Of a stretch of 24,000 bases of DNA, positions 1-8,810 are shown one piece after another. Both the position numbers and the translations under genes were made by a program. Numbering within the stretch: position 1 is the first letter of the stretch; the number at the start of each line of letters is the position of its first letter. Origin of the DNA: Natronospirillum sp. (lineage in GTDB: Bacteria > Pseudomonadota > Gammaproteobacteria > Pseudomonadales > Natronospirillaceae); the NCBI GenBank assembly GCA_049115955.1, contig JAGDZJ010000031.1:1-24000 (forward strand). Direction: 5' to 3'. Under the pieces are notes generated by a model, which had not been told where the DNA came from, made no database searches, and saw nothing but the letters and a program-made list of their open reading frames with translations.

Positions 1-194
1 CCCTAGAATGAACGGTTACGCCTTACCGCCATTCATCAGCAGACAGCAACACAATCACCGAGATCACTATCACACTGCCTACCGCTATCTTCTTCTCAGG
101 TCTCCTACTACTTTTAGCCCATGCGTCCCAGTCTTACAATGCCGTATGTGCTACAAAATAGGCATGGTTAAGTTCCACTCCCCACCCTCTAAAT

Positions 195-223
195 TTGACC
201 TCTCCCCTTCAAGCAAGTAGGCT
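195..223 (+). promoter_or_regulatory. Candidate sigma70 promoter for the bet operon (TTGACC-N17-TAGGCT)
   Basis: TTGACC lies at 195-200 and TAGGCT at 218-223, with a 17-nt spacer. The predicted start falls just before the palindrome at 231-248. The -10 matches only T, A and the final T of TATAAT. Confidence 0.3.
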
Positions 224-230
224 TAACTTC

Positions 231-248
231 ATTGAACGGTCATTCAAT
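231..248. promoter_or_regulatory. Candidate BetI operator: palindrome ATTGAA-cggtca-TTCAAT
   Basis: Perfect 6-bp inverted arms (ATTGAA / TTCAAT) are separated by 6 bp, 39 bp upstream of the betI ATG. The TTGA...TCAA dyad resembles the E. coli betT-betI operator as I remember it. Autoregulation by BetI is the established pattern. Confidence 0.5.
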
Positions 249-286
249 TTACTTTTTCACCATCGTTTTTTGTAGTTGAGAGCTTT

Positions 287-889
287 ATGCCACGCATTGA
301 TATTGAGCCCATTCGCCGCCGCCAGTTGATTAATGCGGTGTTAGAAGTCATCGGTGAGTACGGTTTTCAGGGCACTACCATGGGCCGCATCAGTGCACAG
401 TCGGGTATGTCGGTGGGCATTGTCAGCCACTATTTCGGCGGTAAGCAAGGTTTGCTCGAAGCGGCCATGCGTCATTTGTTGACTGAGTTGCACCAGGACC
501 TTATGAGCAACATTGCGAGCCGTTCCAGTTCGCCGCGTGATCGCTTGATGGCGATTGTAGAAACGAATTTTTCCAGCGTGCAGACCAATCCAAAAGCTGC
601 GCGTACTTGGTTGGTATTTTGGTCGCAGTCGGTACACGACCCCGAGCTGGCGCGCTTACAGCAGGTGAACGAACGTCGTTTGTACGCCAACCTGATTTAC
701 TCATTACGCCCTCTGCTGCCGGAAAGCTGGCTGCGTGGCACCGCACAAACCATCGCCGCTCTGATCGATGGTTTCTGGCTACGCGCCGCACTCAGCGGTG
801 GCCGTATCGATTCCGAGCAGGCCATGCGCCTGTGTAAAGCCTATATAGATCAGGTGCTGGCCGACGGTCAAAAGCATCGCTCTGTCTGA
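287..889 (+). CDS. betI: TetR-family transcriptional repressor BetI (choline-responsive)
   Basis: 200-aa ORF with an ATG start. It has an N-terminal TetR-type HTH ([52 protein letters not shown]). It sits directly upstream of betB and betA, and only 16 nt with a GAAGGAG RBS separate it from betB. Confidence 0.9.
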   Translation: MPRIDIEPIRRRQLINAVLEVIGEYGFQGTTMGRISAQSGMSVGIVSHYFGGKQGLLEAAMRHLLTELHQDLMSNIASRSSSPRDRLMAIVETNFSSVQTNPKAARTWLVFWSQSVHDPELARLQQVNERRLYANLIYSLRPLLPESWLRGTAQTIAALIDGFWLRAALSGGRIDSEQAMRLCKAYIDQVLADGQKHRSV

Positions 890-905
890 TTTCGAAGGAG
901 TTTTC

Positions 906-2369
906 ATGTCTGACCTCACCCTGCATTCTTGGGTTAATGGTGCACCAGCGCCGACGACCTCCGGTAACACCTTTGATGTCATCAATCCCGCCACCGGCAA
1001 GACCATTTACCGTGTGGAGCAAGCCGATGAAGCGGTGATGGCGGCGGCCATAGAGTCTGCACAGCGTGGCTTTGAGGTGTGGTCGAAAACGCCCGCCATT
1101 GAACGCGCCCGCATTCTACGCCGTGCCGCCGATCTGCTGCGCGAGCATAATGATCGCCTGGCCGCCGTAGAAGTGCTGGATACCGGTAAACCATGGCAAG
1201 AAGCCAGCGTGGTCGACGTGGTGACGGGCGCGGACGCGATCGAATTCTTTGCGGGCGAAGCACCGGGATTAGAAGGCAACAGCCAACCCATCGGTAACGA
1301 CTTCTACTACACGCGGCGCGAGCCCTTGGGTATTTGTGCGGGCATCGGGGCGTGGAACTACCCGATGCAAATCGCCTGCTGGAAAGCCGCACCGGCGCTC
1401 GCGGCGGGTAACAGCATGATCTTCAAGCCTTCGGAAGAAACACCGCGCGGTGCCGTTGAGCTGGCGATGATCTTCCAACAAGCGGGCTTGCCCGACGGTG
1501 TGTTCAACGTGGTACAGGGTGACTACCGAGTGGGCCAGATGCTGACCGCCGCGCCCGAAATCGCCAAGGTGTCTTTCACCGGCGAAGCAGGAACGGGGCG
1601 CACGGTTATGGCCGATGCCGCACGCACGCTTAAATCTGTCACCATGGAGCTGGGCGGCAAGTCGCCACTGATCATCTTTGACGACGCCGACCTGGAAAAC
1701 GCTGTGTCGGGCGCCATGCTCGGTAACTTCTACACCCAGGGCGAAATCTGTACCAATGGTACAAGGGTATTTGTGCAACGCAGCATTTACGACGCGTTCT
1801 TGCAGCGCTTGTTAGAACGCACCCGAAATAATGTGGTGGCGGGCGACCCCATGCACCCCGACACCAACTTCGGCGCACTGATTTCAGCCGGGCATCTAGA
1901 AAAGGTGTTGGGCTTTATTGAACAAGGCAAAGCGGAAGGTGCCACCTGCGCCATTGGCGGTGAACGCTTAACCGCTGGCGCGTTGGCCGACGGGTATTTT
2001 GTTGCCCCCACGGTGTTCACCGAATGCACCGACGACATGACCATCGTGCAGGAAGAAATCTTTGGCCCGGTCATGACGGTGTTGGTGTTTGACGACGAAG
2101 AGGAAGTGATTGCGCGCGCCAACGACACCGAGTACGGCCTTGCTGCGGGCGTGTTCACACGCGATATTCAACGGGCCCACCGTGTTATTCATCAGTTAGA
2201 AGCCGGTATTTGTTGGATCAATGCTTACGGCAATTCACCCGCCGAGATGCCCGTAGGCGGCTACAAGCTGTCTGGTTTGGGCCGCGAAAACGGCCGCGAA
2301 ACACTTGCCCACTACACCCAAATTAAGTCCATTTATGTGGGCTTGGGCGATATCGACGCGCCCTTCTAA
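906..2369 (+). CDS. betB: Betaine-aldehyde dehydrogenase (NAD-dependent ALDH superfamily)
   Basis: 487-aa ORF with the ALDH catalytic Glu motif MELGGKSP and the Cys nucleophile motif [21 protein letters not shown] at 894-900. betI-betB-betA synteny. Confidence 0.95.
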   Translation: MSDLTLHSWVNGAPAPTTSGNTFDVINPATGKTIYRVEQADEAVMAAAIESAQRGFEVWSKTPAIERARILRRAADLLREHNDRLAAVEVLDTGKPWQEASVVDVVTGADAIEFFAGEAPGLEGNSQPIGNDFYYTRREPLGICAGIGAWNYPMQIACWKAAPALAAGNSMIFKPSEETPRGAVELAMIFQQAGLPDGVFNVVQGDYRVGQMLTAAPEIAKVSFTGEAGTGRTVMADAARTLKSVTMELGGKSPLIIFDDADLENAVSGAMLGNFYTQGEICTNGTRVFVQRSIYDAFLQRLLERTRNNVVAGDPMHPDTNFGALISAGHLEKVLGFIEQGKAEGATCAIGGERLTAGALADGYFVAPTVFTECTDDMTIVQEEIFGPVMTVLVFDDEEEVIARANDTEYGLAAGVFTRDIQRAHRVIHQLEAGICWINAYGNSPAEMPVGGYKLSGLGRENGRETLAHYTQIKSIYVGLGDIDAPF

Positions 2370-2389
2370 ATTTCTGCATTGACCGCTAC

Positions 2390-2409
2390 CAGCCTGCCTC
2401 GGCGGGCTG
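2390..2409 (+). other. Intercistronic stem-loop between betB and betA
   Basis: CAGCCTGC-ctcg-GCGGGCTG forms an 8-bp stem with one G-U pair and a 4-nt loop. No T-tract follows, so it is more likely an mRNA stability or processing element than a terminator. Confidence 0.3.
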
Positions 2410-2442
2410 TTAGCACTTACTCACTCCGAGACAGATTTTGCT

Positions 2443-4110
2443 ATGACTTTTGATCAGATTCATGACTACATCATCGTTGGCACCGGCTCTGCGGGCTGCG
2501 TGCTGGCTAACCGCTTATCTGAAGACGCCGACGCGCGCGTGCTGGTATTAGAAGCAGGACGCAAAGACGATACGTGGAAAATCCACATGCCTGCCGCCCT
2601 GATGTACAACCTCAAGGGCGACCGCTACAACTGGTACTACCACACCGAACCGCAAGAACACATGAACCACCGCAAACTGTATTGGCCGCGCGGCAAGGTG
2701 TGGGGTGGCGGTTCGTCGTTGAACGCCATGGTGTACATTCGCGGCCACGCGTACGACTACGACCGCTGGGCCGAGGAAGGCGCGGAAGGTTGGCGCTATG
2801 CCGATATCCTGCCGTATTTTCGCAAGGCCGAAACGCGCGAACAGGGTGCGGACGACTATCGCGGTGGCGAAGGCCCGTTGAACGTGCACACGGGCGATGA
2901 GCCTAACCCCTTGTTTGATGCGTTCTTGCAAGCCACTCAGCAAGCGGGCTACCCGGCGACCGAAGACATGAACGGCTTCCAGCAGGAAGGCTTCGGCAAG
3001 ATGGACATGACCATCAAGCAAGGCAAGCGTTGGAATACCGCGCAAGCCTATTTGCGTCCGGTATTGGCGCGCCCGAATTTGAAGGCGGAAGTCGGAGCCA
3101 TGGTCACCCGTGTGCTGTTTGAAGGTCAGCGTGCGGTGGGTGTGGAATACCAACAAAACGGCAAAACCGTGCGTGTGCGCGCTGAACGCGAAGTGATTCT
3201 GTCGGGCGGCGCCATCAATTCACCCCAACTGCTGATGCTGTCTGGCATTGGCCCCGCTGAAGACTTAAAAGCGCTGGGCATTGAGGTCAAACAAGACCTA
3301 CCCGGTGTGGGGCAGAACCTGCAAGACCACCTTGAACTGTACGTGCAGCAAGCCTGTACGCAGCCCATCACCCTGTACAAGTACACCACCCAGCCGGGCA
3401 TGGCGTTGTCGGGCATGCAATGGTTCATCAATAACGATTGGGGCGCATGCCGTACCGCGCACTTGGAAGCGGGCGGTTTTATTCGTTCTGAGCCCGGCGT
3501 GCGTCACCCGGACATTCAGTACCATTTTCTGCCATCGCAGGTGATCGACCACGGGCGCAAGAACCCCGAGCTGCACGCCTACCAAGCGCACGTGGGACCG
3601 ATGCGTCCTACCAGCACGGGCTTTTTGAAGCTGCGTTCGAGCGACCCGACCGAGCACCCCTTGATTCAGCCGAACCTGTTGAGCACCGAGCGTGACCGCT
3701 GGGAAATGCGCCAGTCGGTGAAGCTAACGCGCGAGATCTTTGCTCAAGACGCCTTTAAACCCTTCCGTGGCGAAGAATACCTGCCCGGTAAAGATGTGCA
3801 GACCGATCAAGAAATTGATGCCTTTGTGCGTGCACACGCCGACAGCGCTTACCACCCTTCGTGCACCTGCAAAATGGGCGCAGCCAGCGACCCTATGGCG
3901 GTGGTGGATGCCGAAGCGCGGGTGTTTGGTATTGAAGGCTTACGCGTCGTCGACGCCAGTATTATGCCCAGCATTGTGAGCGGCAACTTAAATGCCCCCA
4001 CCATTATGCTGGCCGAAAAATGCGCGGACCACATTCGTGGCCGTGCGCCCCTGGCGCCATCCAGCGCGCCGGTCTGGGAACACCCGGAGTACCAGACTCA
4101 ACAACGATAA
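2443..4110 (+). CDS. betA: Choline dehydrogenase (GMC flavoprotein oxidoreductase)
   Basis: 555-aa ORF. N-terminal FAD fold YIIVGTGSAGCVLANRLSE. GMC signature GGGSSLNAMVYIRG. C-terminal active-site region AYHPSCTCKMG. Synteny with betI and betB. Confidence 0.95.
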   Translation: MTFDQIHDYIIVGTGSAGCVLANRLSEDADARVLVLEAGRKDDTWKIHMPAALMYNLKGDRYNWYYHTEPQEHMNHRKLYWPRGKVWGGGSSLNAMVYIRGHAYDYDRWAEEGAEGWRYADILPYFRKAETREQGADDYRGGEGPLNVHTGDEPNPLFDAFLQATQQAGYPATEDMNGFQQEGFGKMDMTIKQGKRWNTAQAYLRPVLARPNLKAEVGAMVTRVLFEGQRAVGVEYQQNGKTVRVRAEREVILSGGAINSPQLLMLSGIGPAEDLKALGIEVKQDLPGVGQNLQDHLELYVQQACTQPITLYKYTTQPGMALSGMQWFINNDWGACRTAHLEAGGFIRSEPGVRHPDIQYHFLPSQVIDHGRKNPELHAYQAHVGPMRPTSTGFLKLRSSDPTEHPLIQPNLLSTERDRWEMRQSVKLTREIFAQDAFKPFRGEEYLPGKDVQTDQEIDAFVRAHADSAYHPSCTCKMGAASDPMAVVDAEARVFGIEGLRVVDASIMPSIVSGNLNAPTIMLAEKCADHIRGRAPLAPSSAPVWEHPEYQTQQR

Positions 4111-4135
4111 TCCGGAACAGAGGAAGACTCATAAC

Positions 4136-5068
4136 ATGAATATGAAACACCTAACCACCGCCACAGCTTGCGTGCTGATGAGCGCCCCTATTACGGCCTG
4201 GAGCCAGCAATGCACTGACGTCCGCTTTTCTGATGTAGGCTGGACTGACATCACCGCCACCACGGCACTGGCCTCAGAAGTACTTGATGCCATCGGTTAC
4301 AACCCAACGGACCGTGTGTTGTCGGTACCGGTAACCTACCGTTCACTGGCTAATAACGACCTCGACGTCTTCTTGGGTAACTGGATGCCGACCATGGCAG
4401 CAGACATCGCCCCTTATCATGAAGACGGTACGGTTGAAACGCTGCGCGCGAACTTGGAAGGCGCCAAATACACACTGGCCGTCACCCAGACCGCCTACGA
4501 TGCAGGCTTGCAGAGCTTTGCCGACATCGCGCGTTTTTCCAGCGAGCTGAACGGTCGGATTTACGGCATTGAGCCAGGCAACGACGGCAACCGTTTAATT
4601 CAAGATATGATCGACGACAACGCCTTTGATTTAGGCGATTTCCGTCTGATGGAGTCGAGCGAAGCCGGTATGCTCAGTCAGGTAGCACGCGCTGTGCGAC
4701 GTGATGAGTGGATTGTCTTCTTGGGTTGGGAACCACACCCGATGAACGCCAATTTTGACCTTGTTTACCTTGAAGGCGGTGATGATTGGTTTGGGCCGGA
4801 TCTCGGCGGCGCGACTGTCTATACCAACGTGCGTGCAGGTTTCACCGAAGACTGCCCGAACTTGGGCACCTTCTTCAATAACCTGACGTTCACCTTAGAA
4901 ATGGAGAACGAGGTGATGGGCGCGATCATTAACGACGGACAAGACCCCGGCGTTGCGGCACGCACCTGGCTGACAGATAACCCCGAAGTGCTGACGGCAT
5001 GGCTGGACGGTGTAACCACACCCGCCGGCGAACCTGCTCTGCCAGTCGCTCAGGCGACGTTCCAGTAA
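4136..5068 (+). CDS. Glycine betaine/choline ABC transporter substrate-binding protein (ProX/OpuAC family), secreted
   Basis: I use the internal ATG at 4136, which has an AGGAAG RBS at 4121-4126. The tracked ORF start at 3992 would overlap betA by 119 nt. Signal peptide MNMKHLTTATACVLMSAPITAWS. OpuAC-type motifs VRFSDVGWTDITATT and DLDVFLGNWMP. Confidence 0.9.
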   Translation: MNMKHLTTATACVLMSAPITAWSQQCTDVRFSDVGWTDITATTALASEVLDAIGYNPTDRVLSVPVTYRSLANNDLDVFLGNWMPTMAADIAPYHEDGTVETLRANLEGAKYTLAVTQTAYDAGLQSFADIARFSSELNGRIYGIEPGNDGNRLIQDMIDDNAFDLGDFRLMESSEAGMLSQVARAVRRDEWIVFLGWEPHPMNANFDLVYLEGGDDWFGPDLGGATVYTNVRAGFTEDCPNLGTFFNNLTFTLEMENEVMGAIINDGQDPGVAARTWLTDNPEVLTAWLDGVTTPAGEPALPVAQATFQ

Positions 5069-5078
5069 CATCTCCTAT

Positions 5079-5098
5079 GGGCGTGCGTCAGCGCGCCC
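5079..5098 (+). terminator. GC hairpin after the binding-protein gene; possible partial terminator or attenuator
   Basis: GGGCGTGC-gtca-GCGCGCCC forms an 8-bp stem with one G-U pair, followed by TCATTTTCA. It lies 11 nt after the stop codon and 25 nt before the permease ATG. This is the usual position for hairpins that keep binding-protein mRNA in excess. Confidence 0.35.
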
Positions 5099-5122
5099 TC
5101 ATTTTCACCCTGAGGAGATGAT

Positions 5123-5968
5123 ATGTCTTGGTTCTTTGACCACAAACTGCCGGTCGGCCGTTGGATGGAAACCCTCTTAAACTGGTTTGTTGATAACGGC
5201 AGCCTGTTTTTTGATGCGGTATCCGACAACCTGTCCGACCTGATTTATGGCCTCACCGCCATTTTGCTGTGGTTCCCCCCGCTGCTACTGATCGCCCTGC
5301 TGACGGCACTGACCTTCGCCGTACAACGACGTTGGGGTTTAACGCTGTTTACCTTTATCAGTTTCTTGCTGATTCTTAATCTTGGGTATTGGACAGAAAC
5401 CATGGCGACCCTGTCATTGGTGCTGTACGCCACCTTGATCTGTGTGTTGTTCGGCCTGCCGATAGGCATCGTGGCGGCACATCATCCGCGCGTCTATCGT
5501 GTCCTGCAGCCGGTACTGGACTTGATGCAAACGATCCCGCCTTTTGTGTATCTCATCCCCACGCTGACGATGTTCGGTTTGGGCGTCGTGCCGGGGGTGA
5601 TCTCGACCGTTATTTTCGCCATTGCCGCGCCCATTCGACTGACGTATTTGGGTATCTCGCAGGTGCCGCAAGAGCTGCTGGAAGCCGGGCGTTCCTTTGG
5701 CTACACCAAGCGACAGTTGCTCGTGCATGTGGAATTGCCCGCAGCGATGAGCAGCATTGGTGCCGGTGTTACGCAGTGCATCATGCTGTCGCTGTCTATG
5801 GTGGTTATTGCGGCACTCGTGGGCGCTGATGGTCTTGGCGTACCAGTAGTCAGAGCCTTGAACACCGTTGATATTGCCAGCGGTTTTGAAGCAGGCATGG
5901 CCATTGTGTTGCTCGCCATCTGGCTTGATCGCTTGTTTAAGCAACACGTTCGACACGAGGCACACTAG
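5123..5968 (+). CDS. Glycine betaine/choline ABC transporter permease (ProW/OpuAB family)
   Basis: 281-aa ORF with a GAGGAG RBS and multiple hydrophobic helices. It carries a BPD-transporter EAA-like loop (LEAGRSFGYTKRQLLVHVELPAA). It sits between the binding-protein and ATPase genes. Confidence 0.9.
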   Translation: MSWFFDHKLPVGRWMETLLNWFVDNGSLFFDAVSDNLSDLIYGLTAILLWFPPLLLIALLTALTFAVQRRWGLTLFTFISFLLILNLGYWTETMATLSLVLYATLICVLFGLPIGIVAAHHPRVYRVLQPVLDLMQTIPPFVYLIPTLTMFGLGVVPGVISTVIFAIAAPIRLTYLGISQVPQELLEAGRSFGYTKRQLLVHVELPAAMSSIGAGVTQCIMLSLSMVVIAALVGADGLGVPVVRALNTVDIASGFEAGMAIVLLAIWLDRLFKQHVRHEAH

Positions 5969-5969
5969 T

Positions 5970-7157
5970 ATGATTAATATCAATAACGTATCCGTGGTGT
6001 TCGGCAAGCAACCAGAACGCGCCTTGGCGCTGATGGATCAAGGGCTGGGTCGCGATGCCATCAAAGAACAAACCGGCTTGGTACTGGGCGTTCAAGAGGC
6101 AAATTTGCGCGTTGAGCGCGGTGAAATCTGTGTGTTGATGGGGTTGTCCGGCTCTGGTAAGTCCAGCCTATTGCGCTGCATTAACGGCTTGAATTCAGTT
6201 ACCCGTGGCGAAGTTTGCATTGAGCACGAAGGCAGCAGCATCGATTTTGCGGCTGCCGATAGCAAAACTCAGCAGGACATTCGAACCAACCGGGTGTCCA
6301 TGGTGTTTCAGAGCTTTGCGTTGATGCCTTGGCTCACCGTAGAAGAGAACATTGCCTTTGGCTTACGCCAGCAGAATCTCAGCAAAACCGAACTGAAGCG
6401 CCGTATTGAACAGCAACTGACGTTGGTGGGCTTGGAAGAATGGCGTTCAGCCTACGCGCACGAGCTGTCGGGTGGCATGCGCCAACGCGTTGGCTTGGCA
6501 CGCGCACTGGCGACGGAATCGGACATTTTATTGATGGACGAGCCGTTTTCTGCCCTAGACCCGCTGATCCGCCATCAGTTGCAGGAAGAGCTGTTAGAGC
6601 TGCAAACCACGCTACGCAAGACCATTGTGTTCGTGAGTCATGACCTAGACGAAGCCCTGAAGCTTGGGAATAAGATCGTCATCATGAAAGACGGGCAAAT
6701 CGTGCAACAGGGCCGACCTGAACAGATCATCCTATCGCCTGCCGACGACTACGTTAAAACCTTCGTGGCCAATACGAATCCGCTGAATACGCTGCAAGCG
6801 CAGTCGGTTATGACGCACCTTAAAGACACGCCGGCCGATGCCAACAACAACCTGTGCGTCAGTAAGCGTTATGACATCTGGGTGATGACACAGGACAACC
6901 TGGCGGACACGCAAGTCACCATGGCGGGTAAAACCTACCAAACGCAGTCGTGGCAGCCGGGGCAACCCATTGACGCGTTACAGAAGCTACCCACGTGCAT
7001 ACCGGGCCGAACCCCCATGCGTGATGCGGTGGAGATCTGCTACGTGACGGGACACAACATTTTGGTGGAGCAGAATGGTCAGTTAACCGGCACGATCGGT
7101 GAGCGTGAGATATACCACACGCTGCTGAGCAAGCACTTAGCGGACGACTTGTTGTAG
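5970..7157 (+). CDS. Glycine betaine/choline ABC transporter ATP-binding protein with C-terminal CBS-like tail (ProV/OpuAA family)
   Basis: I use the ATG at 5970, 1 nt after the permease stop. The tracked start at 5868 would overlap the permease. Walker A GLSGSGKSS, ABC signature LSGGMRQRV, Walker B ILLMDEPFSALD. About 120 aa follow the ABC core, as in ProV. Confidence 0.9.
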   Translation: MININNVSVVFGKQPERALALMDQGLGRDAIKEQTGLVLGVQEANLRVERGEICVLMGLSGSGKSSLLRCINGLNSVTRGEVCIEHEGSSIDFAAADSKTQQDIRTNRVSMVFQSFALMPWLTVEENIAFGLRQQNLSKTELKRRIEQQLTLVGLEEWRSAYAHELSGGMRQRVGLARALATESDILLMDEPFSALDPLIRHQLQEELLELQTTLRKTIVFVSHDLDEALKLGNKIVIMKDGQIVQQGRPEQIILSPADDYVKTFVANTNPLNTLQAQSVMTHLKDTPADANNNLCVSKRYDIWVMTQDNLADTQVTMAGKTYQTQSWQPGQPIDALQKLPTCIPGRTPMRDAVEICYVTGHNILVEQNGQLTGTIGEREIYHTLLSKHLADDLL

Positions 7158-7173
7158 CGGCAAATGCTTGAAC

Positions 7174-7191
7174 GGGGGCGCGTTTGCCCCC
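7174..7191 (+). terminator. Probable operon-end hairpin GGGGGC-gcgttt-GCCCCC
   Basis: A perfect 6-bp all-GC stem lies 17 nt after the ATPase stop. The downstream tract (ATGATTCATT) is only moderately T-rich. Confidence 0.4.
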
Positions 7192-7229
7192 ATGATTCAT
7201 TGCTCCACCCTTAGGTAGTTGCTGTTCCT

Positions 7230-8186
7230 ATGTCGGAAAACGGTCTGCGACAAAAGTTTTCTCGTCTGGTCATTGTGCTGCGCGTCTGGCGCTTTTCCGG
7301 TCGGGTGGTCCGAGCCTTTATGCGCAATCGCGGCATTCTGCTGGCCGGGGGTGTGGGTTACAACGTATTGCTGTCAACCATCCCATTGTTTGCTTTATTG
7401 GTTGTCTCGCTGACGCACATTGTTGACGAGCAAGACCTGCTGAACATCATGGCCATTCAAGTGCAACATCTGGCGCCCGGTTACGCCACCTTGTTGTTGG
7501 ATACCGTGCAAGCGTTACTCGACTCGCGCGATGCCATAGGTATCTTCGGTATTTTGGTGTTGCTGTTCTTCAGCTCGTTTGCCTTTCGCATGCTCGACGA
7601 CTCCATGGCGATTATTTTCCATCGGCCCGATGTACTGGCCAGGCGCAGTACTTGGGTTTCGGTCGCCCTACCCTATGCATTTATGTTGGTGGTGGGTGCA
7701 GGCCTATTGGCGTTAACCCTCTTGTTCACTTTTCTCAGCAGCTTCACGGACTACCTCTCCGACATCTTTGACGTGAATTTACCGTTCGCCAATGCACCCT
7801 TTTTCTTGCTGAATTTGGCCAGCTTTCTGGGGATGGTGATGTTGTTTACTGGCATTTATAAAGTACTGCCCGTGGTTCAGGTAGCTTGGCGTCGCGCGGT
7901 CATTGGTGGGTTTATCGCCGCGTTACTGTGGGAAGCGGCACGTCTCTTTTTGCTCTACTATTTTGCCAATATCTCCTATGTGAACGTCATCTACGGCTCG
8001 GTCACTACGGTGATTGTGGTGCTGATCAGTTTGGAAATAGCGGCCGTCATTCTGCTACTGGGTGCGCAGATCATCGCCGAACTGGAGCGCAGTGCGCGCC
8101 ATGGCGTGCCGTGGCACAAAGACCCCCGACACGCCGAACAGCGCCGGGTTGACGACCACCGCATCCAACGGCGCGGCAAGCGATAG
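7230..8186 (+). CDS. YihY/BrkB-family inner membrane protein
   Basis: 318-aa polytopic ORF. Its N-terminal region (RNRGILLAGGVGYNVLLSTIPLFALLV) matches the YihY-family pattern, and it has a basic C-terminal tail. Confidence 0.75.
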   Translation: MSENGLRQKFSRLVIVLRVWRFSGRVVRAFMRNRGILLAGGVGYNVLLSTIPLFALLVVSLTHIVDEQDLLNIMAIQVQHLAPGYATLLLDTVQALLDSRDAIGIFGILVLLFFSSFAFRMLDDSMAIIFHRPDVLARRSTWVSVALPYAFMLVVGAGLLALTLLFTFLSSFTDYLSDIFDVNLPFANAPFFLLNLASFLGMVMLFTGIYKVLPVVQVAWRRAVIGGFIAALLWEAARLFLLYYFANISYVNVIYGSVTTVIVVLISLEIAAVILLLGAQIIAELERSARHGVPWHKDPRHAEQRRVDDHRIQRRGKR

Positions 8187-8201
8187 GGTTATGGAAAAAT
8201 T

Positions 8202-8810
8202 ATGAAACTGGCCCTGCGTATTATCGCCACGCTTGCCCTAGTTGCTGTGGTGTTTACCGGCTTGTATTTGAATCAAGGCGAAGGTCTTCTGGGCCAGTCG
8301 TTACCAGCCGACAGCCGCGCGCTGCTCTTGGTGTTGACCTCGTCGCTGTACGCGCTCTTATTGGCCATTCCTTTTGTGCCGGGTGTTGAACTGGGCTGGA
8401 TGATCATGGGGTTGTTTGGCCGCATGGGTATTTTGGCGGCATGGCTGAGCACGATATTGGGGCTGAGCTTGAGCTACTGGGTGGCTCGTCGCTTGTCTGA
8501 CCACCCGAAACTGCAACGCCTACAAGTAGCGCGCTCGGCGCTGTTGGAAACCCCTCGACATGAATTATCAATGAGCCAGCGTCTTTTCGCCTCTGGCGTG
8601 CGCTTGTATGACAAGCACCCCTACTTGTTTATCTTCGTCACCTTGAACTTGCCCGGCAATTGGCTGTTGGGTGGTGGTGGCGGTATTGCGGCTACCGCTG
8701 GCATCATGCCCAAGGTCGGTTACGGCCGTTTTGTGCTGACCTGTGCACTCGCCACCGGCATTGTGCCTGCGCTGTTGTGGTTGGGCTTGGCCAATATTCC
8801 TGTTAATTAA
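8202..8810 (+). CDS. Small polytopic membrane protein, function unknown (weak DedA/TVP38-like flavour)
   Basis: 202-aa ORF with an ATG 16 nt after the yihY-like stop and 4-5 hydrophobic helices. The motif AIPFVPGVELGWMIMGLFG loosely resembles the DedA/TVP38 re-entrant loop. The family assignment is not secure. Confidence 0.55.
   Translation: MKLALRIIATLALVAVVFTGLYLNQGEGLLGQSLPADSRALLLVLTSSLYALLLAIPFVPGVELGWMIMGLFGRMGILAAWLSTILGLSLSYWVARRLSDHPKLQRLQVARSALLETPRHELSMSQRLFASGVRLYDKHPYLFIFVTLNLPGNWLLGGGGGIAATAGIMPKVGYGRFVLTCALATGIVPALLWLGLANIPVN

Noticed and set aside
8-220. A 70-aa ORF at the left edge.
   Set aside because: It has no RBS, and its product is Pro/Ser/His-rich and low in complexity. 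It spans the probable bet promoter region. I treat the region as non-coding.
1269-1778. Long antisense or out-of-frame ORFs inside confident genes, for example 1269-1778(-), 2548-3156(-), 5414-6007(-), 12620-12997(-), 13073-13504(-), 18876-19274(+) and 21764-22366(+).
   Set aside because: They are typical shadow ORFs of GC-rich coding DNA. Their products are Arg/Gly/His-rich and low in complexity, with no recognisable motifs, and each lies fully inside a gene that has strong family signatures.
3992-4135. N-terminal extensions of tracked ORFs that overlap the preceding gene: 3992 for the binding protein, 5868 for the ATPase, 12902 for hemH.
   Set aside because: Each extension overlaps the upstream CDS by 100 nt or more and has arbitrary-looking sequence. 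Internal ATGs at 4136, 5970 and 13106 give canonical N-termini: a signal peptide, an ABC N-terminus, and the ferrochelatase GILITNLGTP region close to the start. Two of them have an RBS or tight coupling.
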